Positions 39,417-48,235 of a stretch of 64,000 nucleotides of DNA are shown piece by piece (position 1 is the stretch's first letter; each line of letters begins with the position of its first letter). The translations under genes and the position numbers were made by a program. The notes under the pieces were generated by a model, which saw only the letters and a list, made by a program, of their open reading frames with translations, was not told the origin of the DNA and ran no database searches. The DNA comes from Spirochaetaceae bacterium (GTDB taxonomy: Bacteria > Spirochaetota > Spirochaetia > DSM-2461): positions 1,120,001 to 1,184,000 of the forward strand of contig OZ245056.1 in NCBI GenBank assembly GCA_965224705.1, read 5' to 3'.

Positions 39417-40496
39417 TTATGCCGTGTCAGGAAGCTTGCCGGATTTTACCCGGCTCAGGCCCAATGCCCTGAGAATGAGTCCTGGAAGGGGCTTGCCATA
39501 CGGGCGTCTGGAAAGATTGATATACCACCCCCACTTTTTCATTACAGGAATTTTCAAGGTTTCCACAAACTCTATGAGCGTTCCGTCACTATCTTCAATG
39601 TAGGTGAATCGACCGGCGGCCTCTCCCATATCAAACGGCGTATTGGAATCGACGGTGAAAGAGAATCCATTTGAAGACAGTTTCTCTCCCAATGCATCCA
39701 TGCCGTGAACATCAAAGCAAAGATGAATGAAGCCTCCATCACCCCAATACCGGTTCTTAAAAATCTTATCGGGCTGACGATCCAGGGGCTGGACAAGCTC
39801 AATGCGGCATGATCCAAGGATTGGTCCAAATGGTCCTGTTGACTGCTGACCCCGGGAGAGACGCATACGGCGAAATCGTCTCTCTCCGCCATTCAATGGA
39901 TTCCAGTCAGGAAAAAATCCCTCTTCATCGTAGTCGACGACACCGAAACCCAATGTGTCCCGGTATAGTATCAGGGACTTCTCCATGGAAGAAACTCCGA
40001 TCACCGCCCCGACTGGCCCGCCTGTGAGATGGCCTTTCTTCTGGAACCATTCCTCCGACTGTATGATTTGAAATATGTTCCCCCAGGGATCTTTCAGAAA
40101 GAATGTTAGCTGACCATCCAATCCGGCAGCAGGGCTGTTCAAAACATTGCAGCCCTGGCGGAGAAAGTAACGATGAGCAGATTGAATATTCTCACATTTG
40201 ATAATGGCGGCATAGATGCCTGTGTCGCCCACAAGCGGTGGTTTTTTCGGGAAAACAGTATTCCGGCTGGTATACTGCCATATTTCAAATCCGGAACCGC
40301 CCCTGATACTTATGGCAAGTATCGCATCTCTTGCCTGTACTTCACCTCCCGTGTAGGGGGTCATCAATGGGGCTTCGGCGGCCTCCCTGAAGATGGGAAT
40401 ATCCATTCCAAACATGCCGCTGTACCAATGCCAGGCCTCCTCAACATCGGGAATTCCAATGCCTATCTGCTGTATTCCGTTGATAAGATATGACAT
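39417..40496 (-). CDS. VOC/glyoxalase family protein (two domains)
   Basis: GIQQIGIG, KDPWGN, HLCFDV, YIEDSDGTLIEFVE; AGGAG RBS before ATG 40496. Confidence 0.82.
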   Translation of the reverse strand: MSYLINGIQQIGIGIPDVEEAWHWYSGMFGMDIPIFREAAEAPLMTPYTGGEVQARDAILAISIRGGSGFEIWQYTSRNTVFPKKPPLVGDTGIYAAIIKCENIQSAHRYFLRQGCNVLNSPAAGLDGQLTFFLKDPWGNIFQIIQSEEWFQKKGHLTGGPVGAVIGVSSMEKSLILYRDTLGFGVVDYDEEGFFPDWNPLNGGERRFRRMRLSRGQQSTGPFGPILGSCRIELVQPLDRQPDKIFKNRYWGDGGFIHLCFDVHGMDALGEKLSSNGFSFTVDSNTPFDMGEAAGRFTYIEDSDGTLIEFVETLKIPVMKKWGWYINLSRRPYGKPLPGLILRALGLSRVKSGKLPDTA

Positions 40497-40510
40497 GGGG
40501 ACTCCTACTC

Positions 40511-40679
40511 CTAGGAGCCTGTCGGACTTACGCCTCACGGCTCGATTTTTGCCCTTTTTCCCTGCTGCTGCGTTGCCAAAATACTCACGTAGCCCAGCTA
40601 CGCTCCGTTTTTGTCGCCTTGCATCAGGAAAAAATCATCAAAAATCGCCTCGAAGCCTTAAAGTCCGACAGACTCCTAG
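40511..40679. mobile_element. Miniature inverted-repeat element flanked by CTAG
   Basis: ctaggagcctgtcggactt...aagtccgacagactcctag: 19-bp IR with 1 mismatch, CTAG at both ends, no internal gene. Confidence 0.75.
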
Positions 40680-40722
40680 AAAGTCTGTGTACAGAGTGCC
40701 CAATTCATGGAGATAAGTCAAT

Positions 40723-40840
40723 CGGGGTGTCAGAAAGCTTGTTAATCAGAAAAACATCTCTTTAATACGGCTGTTTTGGTGACCTAGGAGTCTGCAATTA
40801 CCAGAAACAGAGAGAATCTAACAAGCTTTCTGACACTCCG
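40723..40840. mobile_element. Second miniature inverted-repeat element
   Basis: gtgtcagaaagcttgtta (40727-40744) / taacaagctttctgacac (40819-40836): perfect 18-bp IR, 22 bp with 1 mismatch. A related single end lies at 17282-17301. Confidence 0.65.
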
Positions 40841-40841
40841 T

Positions 40842-41239
40842 CAGGGCAATCGCATCTAAAATCCACTAGCCAGAGTGTTTTTCAAAGCCTTATTCATGGG
40901 TTTTTAACCGCAGAGGACGCAGAGAGCGCAGAGTGTTCAAGATAAATGTTGACCAATCTGTTTATGCTATAGAGACGAAAAAACCCGGACTAAAGTAAGA
41001 CTTTTTCTCCATTTTTGGGCGTTTTGCCCAAAATGTGGGTGCGTCCATGCGCCCACGGGCAGCTCTAAGCGGTTTTAAGAGCTCCCCTATATCTCTCTGC
41101 GTACCTCTGCGTTCTCTCCGGTTTAATGCCGCTTTGAGGAGATTCCACATTCTTTGAGACACTGGATAAAAATTTCCATTGACCTCGAAAACCAGTGTTT
41201 TCATTTTTTTTTGTAACAGAATTAGATGCGATTGCCCTG
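40842..41239. mobile_element. MITE with ISAs1-like ends, carrying one hairpin repeat unit
   Basis: Perfect 18-bp TIR cagggcaatcgcatctaa / ttagatgcgattgccctg; 10-bp target duplication gacactccgt / ggcactccgt (9/10). Confidence 0.8.
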
Positions 41240-41258
41240 GGCACTCCGTGATTGACAG

Positions 41259-41287
41259 TTGACAGCCCCACTCATCCCCTGTACAAT
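41259..41287 (+). promoter_or_regulatory. Sigma70 promoter of mnmG
   Basis: TTGACA (41259-41264)-N17-TACAAT (41282-41287). Confidence 0.75.
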
Positions 41288-41391
41288 GAGTACGTTTATC
41301 GCATATCCGCTGAAACAATTCCACACAATGATTTCCTGGGGGAACCAGAATGAGTATTTCCAAAGAACCATTATTTTCCTGACGGTAGCCG

Positions 41392-43254
41392 ATGGATTAT
41401 GATGCCCTGGTCGTTGGCGGCGGCCATGCGGGGATAGAGGCCTCCCTTGCCCTCTCACGGATCGGATTCCGTACCATACTGATCACTCAAAACCTTGACA
41501 CTATTGGTCAATTGTCCTGCAACCCGGCTGTCGGAGGTTTGGCCAAGGGGAATATGGTGAGAGAAATTGATGCTCTGGGCGGGGAGATGGGGAGGCTCAT
41601 TGATAAAACAATGATACAATTCCGGGTTCTCAACCGCAGCCGGGGACCAGCCGTTCAGGCCCCCCGGGCCCAGGCAGACAAACCAGCCTACAGACAGAAG
41701 GCCAAACATACCCTGGAACTTCAATCCAACCTGGATCTTTTTCAGGATACAGTTGTTGACCTCCTGACCGGCCCTGCTGACAGCTCACTCCAATCCGGCC
41801 GTCTCCAGACCACAGGCGTATTCACCGAACGGGGCCACCGTATAACGGCCAGGGTTGTTGTCCTCACAACGGGCACCTTCATGAACGGAAAAATATTCAT
41901 CGGTGAATACGAAGGTCAGAATGGCCGTATCGGTGAACCGGCGGCCATGGGCCTGGGTGATGCGTTGAGAAAAAAGGGATTTCGGGTTGGCCGCTTAAAG
42001 ACGGGTACTCCCGCACGAATTCATCGCCGCAGTCTCAATCTGGACAGGATGGAAATACAATTCGGCGATGATGAAGTCTTCCCATTCAGCTTTGACGATA
42101 ATAAACTCAATCGGCCAGCCCTGCCTTGCTACATTACCTATACAAATGAGCATACCCACGAAATTATTCGAAACCACCTGGGCCGTTCCCCATTGTTCTC
42201 CGGGCGGATAGAGGGAAATGGGCCACGGTACTGCCCATCCATTGAGGACAAGGTTGTGAAATTTCCTGACAGGACACGACACCATGTTTTTATTGAACCT
42301 GAAGGGCTGGAAACCGAAGAAATGTATCTCAACGGACTTTCTACCAGCCTGCCGGAAGATGCTCAGGAAGAGTATATTCACAGCATTCCGGGACTGGAAG
42401 AAGCGGAAATCCTGCGTCCGGGTTATGCCGTGGAATACGACTACCTCAATCCCATCGAACTCACACCGGCACTGGAATCCAAGCATCTGCACAACCTTTA
42501 CATTGCAGGTCAAACAAATGGAACAAGCGGCTATGAGGAGGCCGCCGCCCAGGGTTTAATGGCTGGAATCAATGCAGCACGGCAACTCCAGGGCATGGGA
42601 CCCATTATTCTTGATAGAAGTGAAGCCTACATCGGTGTACTTATTGACGACCTCGTAACTCAGGGGACTGAAGAGCCTTACCGGATGTTTACAAGCCGGG
42701 CCGAGCACCGCATCGCTCTGCGTCATGATAATGCTGACCGGCGTTTGTTTCTCAAAGGTGAGATGGCTGGACTTAACTCTTCACAGGCTGCCGAGCGGTT
42801 TGCTGTTAAATGCGATCGTATAGATGAAATCAGGGAACTTCTCCGTAAACGGACACTGAGAGAAGAAGAAGTGATTCAGGGTTCATTGGAGTCACGAAAG
42901 ACAGGAGAAAACTTTGAGCATCTCCTTCGAGATCCCCAAATTACCCTGTCCCATCTCATATCACTGGAACCCAGGATTGCCGTCAATACTCAAACAGACT
43001 GGCTTCATCAGATTGAATTGGATGTGAAGTACGAAGGCTATCTCAAGAGGGAGGAACGGCATGTCAGGCGATTTCGCAAGCTGGAACATGTAACAATCCC
43101 GGACAGCATAGACTGGAATACCGTACCGGGCCTGTCATCGGAAGCCCGTGAGAAGCTCAAAGTTATTCAGCCAGTGAGTGTGGGACAGGCTTCCCGTGTT
43201 CCGGGAGTTCGTTCATCGGATATTGCAATAATATTGGTGCAGATCGGTCGGTAA
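41392..43254 (+). CDS. mnmG: tRNA uridine-5-carboxymethylaminomethyl modification enzyme MnmG (GidA)
   Basis: [55 protein letters not shown]. Confidence 0.98.
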   Translation: MDYDALVVGGGHAGIEASLALSRIGFRTILITQNLDTIGQLSCNPAVGGLAKGNMVREIDALGGEMGRLIDKTMIQFRVLNRSRGPAVQAPRAQADKPAYRQKAKHTLELQSNLDLFQDTVVDLLTGPADSSLQSGRLQTTGVFTERGHRITARVVVLTTGTFMNGKIFIGEYEGQNGRIGEPAAMGLGDALRKKGFRVGRLKTGTPARIHRRSLNLDRMEIQFGDDEVFPFSFDDNKLNRPALPCYITYTNEHTHEIIRNHLGRSPLFSGRIEGNGPRYCPSIEDKVVKFPDRTRHHVFIEPEGLETEEMYLNGLSTSLPEDAQEEYIHSIPGLEEAEILRPGYAVEYDYLNPIELTPALESKHLHNLYIAGQTNGTSGYEEAAAQGLMAGINAARQLQGMGPIILDRSEAYIGVLIDDLVTQGTEEPYRMFTSRAEHRIALRHDNADRRLFLKGEMAGLNSSQAAERFAVKCDRIDEIRELLRKRTLREEEVIQGSLESRKTGENFEHLLRDPQITLSHLISLEPRIAVNTQTDWLHQIELDVKYEGYLKREERHVRRFRKLEHVTIPDSIDWNTVPGLSSEAREKLKVIQPVSVGQASRVPGVRSSDIAIILVQIGR

Positions 43255-43267
43255 TGAGTCTGGAAAA

Positions 43268-43388
43268 CCCGGAGCCTTCCAGAGGCGTGTGGACCGTATG
43301 AACGGCACTTTGCAGGATTGATCAAAGAGACAGCTAAAAAAAGGCGCGCGAATCAACAAGGAGGGGACATTTCCACTGTATCGCAGCA
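43268..43388 (+). pseudogene. Remnant of an integrase-core (rve) IS transposase plus terminal sequence
   Basis: RVDRMNGTLQD then frameshifted LIKE resembles GRVERxNxTLQDRL of IS481/IS1202-like transposases; followed by ggggacatttccact, resembling an IS end. Confidence 0.45.
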
Positions 43389-43522
43389 CCCAGACAACAA
43401 CCCACGGCTTGCCTTGCCGGTGGCCGGGTTGCAAAAAAGGAAGCCATAGCTTAAGGCGGCGGCTTCTTCCTTTGTTTCCACGGGGGATGATTGATTCCCA
43501 TCTCCCCGCGGCTTCGGTGCTA

Positions 43523-46042
43523 TTACTCCACAGTAGTGGTGATGTCCCATAATTCATTTTTGTTAGGCGTGGTCGCCTTATCCTGAGCAAATTTTTTCTC
43601 TACTTGCATGTAAACCGTGTGGCCAGCCAGGAAATTTGTCGGGGGTATGGTGATTGTCACCGTCACTTCATCACTACCCAGAGAAACCCCTTCTGGATTA
43701 ATTATGGTTTGACTAGTAGCATCACCATAGTTATTTACAATCACTATGTTTCCGTGATTACCGATCAATCTTATGGGCTCATCTGCTGCAATGGTAAGCG
43801 AGGTTGCGCCAGTTGCTGCCGAAATTGGACTTAATGTAAACGTTGGGCCTGTCTCGTCTTCGGGGGTGGCTGATTCCTGGTTTGAGAGGTTACCCTCTCC
43901 GGTGGCGTTCGTCGCTGTTACCCCGAAGTAGTGCAGGGTAGCGTTGGGCAGATTCGGTACAACCGCAGTCGCTGCGGTTCCAGAGACCTCAACTTTGGTC
44001 GTCGGCAAGTTCGAGGCATCAAAACCACTGGTGTCATAATACACAGTATAAGCAGTGATGATTCCCACCGTGCCATTACCGCCAGTGAAGCCCGTATCGG
44101 TGAGTGCTGTCCATGAGATTGTAACTTCCCCGTCGCCTGCGGCTGCGGTTATCGTCGGTGCTCCGGGGACCGCATCCGCCGGTGTCGCTGTCGCCGGGGA
44201 GGCTAAACTCTCGTTTGAAAGAGCACCCTCTCCAGTGGCGTTCGTCGCTGTTACCCGGAAGTAGTACTTTGTGCCGTTGGTCAGAGGCGTCACGTCCGCC
44301 GTCAAGGTTCCGCCAGAGACCTCAACCTTGTCAGTCGGCTTGCTTGAGTCAGTAAAACTAGCGGTGTGATAATACACAGTATAAGCGGTGATTGGTCCAT
44401 ATGTTCCATCACTGTTGCTGAAACCCTTATGGGCGGGGGCTGTCCATGAGAGCGTAACTTGCCCGTTGCCCACGACCGTGGCGGTTATAGCCGGTGCTCC
44501 GGGGGGTGTGTTATGCGGCACTCCCACAGTGGCGGAGGCCTCGTCTGAGAGTTCACCTTCCCCAATGGCGTTCGTCGCCGTCATTTTGAAAAAAATCTCT
44601 TGGCCAACATTCTCAGGGAGGAATATGTCCCGAGTACTTAAGTTTTCATCGGCAATCGGAACAGTGCTGACCGCATCATTTTTTCCCCACGAGCTGTCAC
44701 CAGACCGAGTAGAAGAGTCGGTATAATACACCGTGTAACCGGTGATGACTCCCGGCGTGGCATCACCGTTAATGTAACCCGTAAAGGAGGGTTCTGACCA
44801 TGTGAGTTGGATGTTTCCCGCCAGGTCCGTGGCTGCGTCGGTTATATTCGGTGCTCCGGGGGGCGCATTCGGCGGCACTGTCGGGGTGTTTGATACCTGG
44901 TCTGAAGGATCACCTTCCCCGGTGCCGTTGGTTGCCGTTACCCTGAAGAAGTACTCTGTTCCACCAGTCAGGTTTGGCACATCCGCAGTCGTCGCTACGG
45001 TTCCACCAGATTCAGTGACATCAACCTTGGTAGTCGGCAGGTTCCCGGGGACAATAGTATCGGTATCATAGTACACAATATATTTTATGATGACTCCCAC
45101 CGTGCCATTATCATTAATGTAACCCGTGTCGGTGGGTGCTGTCCATGAGACCGTAACTTGTTTGTTTCCCGCGATGGTTTGGAGGTTAGTTGGTGCTCCG
45201 GGGGCCGCATCCGGTGGCACTGTCGTGGTGGCTGAACTTTCGTTTGAAGCCTCACTTTCTCCGGCGGCATTCCACGCTGTTACCACGAAGTAGTACTCTG
45301 TGCCGCCAGCCAGGCCTGTCACTTCCTTTGTCAACGTAGTGGCGCCGGTGACATCGACGGACTCAACACCCGCGGCAGTCCGATCAGTAATGGTCGATGT
45401 AGAGTAGTAGACCGTATATTTGGTGATGACTCCCGTTGTTCCATCGCCGTTGATGAAACCCGTACTGGCGGGGGCTGTCCATTCCAGTGTGACTTTCCCG
45501 GGGCCTGCGGTTGTGGAGGTTAGAGTCGGTACTCCGGGGGCCGCGTTCGCTGGCGGCACTGCCGGGGTGGCCGAGGTTTCGGTTGAAGCCGTACTTTCCC
45601 CGGTCGCATTCGTCGCTGTTACCTTGAAGTAGTACTGTGTACCGTTGGTCAGGCTCACTTCCGCTGTCAAGCCGATGGTGACATCGACTGCCGTAACACC
45701 TGCGGCAGTCAGATCAGTAATGGTCGATTCAGAGTGGTAGACCGTATACTTGGTGATGACTCCCGTTGTTCCGTCACCACCGGTGATGCCCGTGTTACTG
45801 GGGGCTGTCCATACGAGTGTGACTTTCCCATCGCCCGGGGTTGTGGTTGTTATATCCGGTGCTCCGGGGGCTGCGTTGTCGGGCACATCGTCGGGGGTGG
45901 GAGTGGGAGACGGACAGGACGCGAGCAGTACGGTGAGGAGGCTTGCGGTCAGTATGAAGGATGTTGCTGCGAACGCCGAGCGATGGTGCGTTCCGTTTGC
46001 CCTTCTGCATCGTTTGAGAGATTTGAGGTGATTCTGATTCAT
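43523..46042 (-). CDS. Surface lipoprotein with six fibronectin type III repeats and a C-terminal beta-rich domain
   Basis: Lipobox LLASC; six units of PG(A/V)P...W...Y.VY...F..TA.N..GE; Thr-rich; AGGAG RBS. Confidence 0.88.
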   Translation of the reverse strand: MNQNHLKSLKRCRRANGTHHRSAFAATSFILTASLLTVLLASCPSPTPTPDDVPDNAAPGAPDITTTTPGDGKVTLVWTAPSNTGITGGDGTTGVITKYTVYHSESTITDLTAAGVTAVDVTIGLTAEVSLTNGTQYYFKVTATNATGESTASTETSATPAVPPANAAPGVPTLTSTTAGPGKVTLEWTAPASTGFINGDGTTGVITKYTVYYSTSTITDRTAAGVESVDVTGATTLTKEVTGLAGGTEYYFVVTAWNAAGESEASNESSATTTVPPDAAPGAPTNLQTIAGNKQVTVSWTAPTDTGYINDNGTVGVIIKYIVYYDTDTIVPGNLPTTKVDVTESGGTVATTADVPNLTGGTEYFFRVTATNGTGEGDPSDQVSNTPTVPPNAPPGAPNITDAATDLAGNIQLTWSEPSFTGYINGDATPGVITGYTVYYTDSSTRSGDSSWGKNDAVSTVPIADENLSTRDIFLPENVGQEIFFKMTATNAIGEGELSDEASATVGVPHNTPPGAPAITATVVGNGQVTLSWTAPAHKGFSNSDGTYGPITAYTVYYHTASFTDSSKPTDKVEVSGGTLTADVTPLTNGTKYYFRVTATNATGEGALSNESLASPATATPADAVPGAPTITAAAGDGEVTISWTALTDTGFTGGNGTVGIITAYTVYYDTSGFDASNLPTTKVEVSGTAATAVVPNLPNATLHYFGVTATNATGEGNLSNQESATPEDETGPTFTLSPISAATGATSLTIAADEPIRLIGNHGNIVIVNNYGDATSQTIINPEGVSLGSDEVTVTITIPPTNFLAGHTVYMQVEKKFAQDKATTPNKNELWDITTTVE

Positions 46043-46152
46043 TTGATACTCCTATAGTCGGAAGTTTGTTTGGACTCTACAGCCCATTCACGAGTATACC
46101 CATACAATTATTATGATTTTTTTGTTTTGTCCAGGAAAAGCATCGAGATGGG

Positions 46153-46790
46153 CAGGACAATCGCATCTAATTCTATCCCTGAAAAAATACGGAGTAACTC
46201 AAAGAATGTGGAATCTCCTAAAAGCGGGGATAAACCGCAGAGGACGCAGAGGTACGCAGAGAAATACCGCATGGAAAGATTGGTCAATATTTAACCGTGA
46301 ACACTCTGCGCTCTCTGCGGTAAAAAAACCCATGAATAAAGCTTTGAATATAGGAAGGGGGATAAACCGCAGAGGCACGCAGAGGTGCGTAGAGATACGT
46401 AGAGAGAAATATGGCATAAAAAGATTGGTCAATATCTACCGTGAACACTCTGCGCTCTCTGCGGTAAAAAAACCCATGAATAAGGCTTTGAATATAAGGA
46501 AAAGGGATAAACCGCAGGGGACGCAGAGGTGCGTAGAGATACGTAGAGAGAAATATGGCATAAAAAGATTGGTCAATACTTACCGTGAACACTCTGCGCT
46601 CTCTGCGTCCTCTGCGGTTAAAAAACTTATGAATAAAGCTTTGAATATATGGAAGAGGGATAAACCGCAGAGGACGCAGAGGTACGCAGAGAAATATGGC
46701 ATAAAAAGATTGGTCAATATCTACCGTGAACACTCTGCGCTCTCTGCGTCCTCTGCGGTTAAAAAACTTATAAATAATGCGTTGAATACA
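46153..46790 (+). repeat. ISAs1-like end followed by four tandem hairpin repeat units (132-153 bp period)
   Basis: caggacaatcgcatctaa at 46153-46170; gataaaccgcag unit starts at 46229, 46361, 46506 and 46659. Confidence 0.9.
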
Positions 46791-46870
46791 GGAAAAGTTT
46801 CCACTCGGTGTATGGACAAGAATTGCCGCGAAGTCCCTCCCGAGTCGCCTTCGTTTTTGCTGCTGCGGTG

Positions 46871-46926
46871 CCTGCCTGTCGGCAGACAGGTCGCCTTGAA
46901 GTCTTAAAGTCCGACAGGCTTCCAGG
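46871..46926. repeat. Short palindrome plus right end of the CTAG-flanked miniature element
   Basis: cctgcctgtcggcagacagg then tcgccttgaagtcttaaagtccgacaggct. Confidence 0.55.
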
Positions 46927-47008
46927 CTATCAGACTATTCTCGTTACAGAGTCATTTTCGCTGTTTAGGGGGATAAAAAGGCGGGAGAATTTATACATGC
47001 GTCATGGC

Positions 47009-48235
47009 TTACTTGCGCAGGATCAGCGTAAACCGTGTTTCCTCCTCCTTGAATTCCGGTTCCGTTCCGTTGTGCTTTTCCATCTCCGGCATAATGGTAT
47101 GGCTGATTCCCCTCCCCATGTCTTCCACATATCCGCAATCACGCATAACATCCCGCAGCAGTTCATTTCGGGCGGACCGGCATCCGGACTTCATCCTCTC
47201 TATGGTGATGGTGTTCGGCAATCTTCCCGGGGATATTATTTCCAGGCGATTTGAATATATCGACAGCTCCACATCTGTTTTGATTGTGTAATCCCGGTGG
47301 ATCAGCGCATTCACAAGTGCCTCGCGGATCGCATTCAGGGGATAATCCCATCGCTCAACCCTCTGGCCGCCGCCGCGCTCCTCCCGCATGGCAATATTGC
47401 GCTTTACAAAATCAAGCACCAGTTCTACAAGCCCCGGAAACAGCATTGTTCCATCGCCGGCATACAGGGGGATGAGCGGAGCGTTCAGGACTCTCCGTTC
47501 CCTGACAGAAGTCGACTTATTCTCTCCGTCGAATACACAGACCGATATGCCGCTGTTTTTCACAAGCCGTCTGGAATCCTTTCCAAAAAGCAGGACAGCC
47601 GCGATTGTCGGCATTCTGTCCCCATTGGCATCCGCTAGCAATTCCGTATCATAGAGAATGGATTTCCACTCCTTTGCATTGTCGATCGCAGGGACTTTTC
47701 GTCCCCTTATTACCCTGTTCGTGGAAAAATAATCGTAGATCCTTCTCAGATCAAGATCGGCGATTGAGGCATTGATGATCGGCTTCAGAATGAAGCTGCC
47801 GCATAGGGGCGAGGCATAATACAATCGGGCCTCCTGCTCCCTTGTGGCCTCCCGGCTGCTCGTTCCAACACGGATATAGGTTATCCATCTGGAACCGCTC
47901 TTTACCTTGTAGGGCTTGTCCGGCGCATTGTCCGGGAGGCTTACTATTCCGATGGATTTGCCGTCGATAACCAGAGTCTCCCAATGGGGAATCAGGGCGG
48001 GTTCAACGTTGTTAGAACAAAGATTGATTATCTTTTCTTCCCATTTCTTCCCGCTTGTCAATAAACCGGAGATTGAGCTGTCATCCTCAATGCCCAGCAA
48101 TATCCGCCCTCCCGAGAAATTCAGCAAGGCCCCTATCTCCTTTGTCAGGGCCTCATTGCCGATCTTTTCACTCTTGAATTCGATGGAAGACGATTCCCCG
48201 TTTTGAATAATTTCATCCAGGTCAACTTTGCGCAT
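47009..48235 (-). CDS. Schlafen/AlbA_2 domain + HATPase_c_4 (RecG-C-like) protein
   Basis: GESSSIEFKS, ALLNFSGGRILLGIEDD, AIREALVNALIHRDY, RLEIISPG, RNELL, EDMGRGI. Confidence 0.88.
   Translation of the reverse strand: MRKVDLDEIIQNGESSSIEFKSEKIGNEALTKEIGALLNFSGGRILLGIEDDSSISGLLTSGKKWEEKIINLCSNNVEPALIPHWETLVIDGKSIGIVSLPDNAPDKPYKVKSGSRWITYIRVGTSSREATREQEARLYYASPLCGSFILKPIINASIADLDLRRIYDYFSTNRVIRGRKVPAIDNAKEWKSILYDTELLADANGDRMPTIAAVLLFGKDSRRLVKNSGISVCVFDGENKSTSVRERRVLNAPLIPLYAGDGTMLFPGLVELVLDFVKRNIAMREERGGGQRVERWDYPLNAIREALVNALIHRDYTIKTDVELSIYSNRLEIISPGRLPNTITIERMKSGCRSARNELLRDVMRDCGYVEDMGRGISHTIMPEMEKHNGTEPEFKEEETRFTLILRK

Noticed and set aside
46222..46790. CRISPR array: AGCGGGGATAAACCG matches the 3' end of type I-E repeats and recurs periodically
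   Set aside because: The sequence between occurrences is itself conserved, so there are no unique spacers. The period is 120-150 bp, the 5' half of the I-E repeat is absent, and no cas genes are present.
46113..46907. 264-aa repetitive ORF, and similar short REHSALSASSAV ORFs at 52959, 55078, 57215, 61599 and 61923
   Set aside because: These are read-throughs of the palindromic DNA repeat. They are open on both strands, have no RBS, and frames are not conserved between copies.
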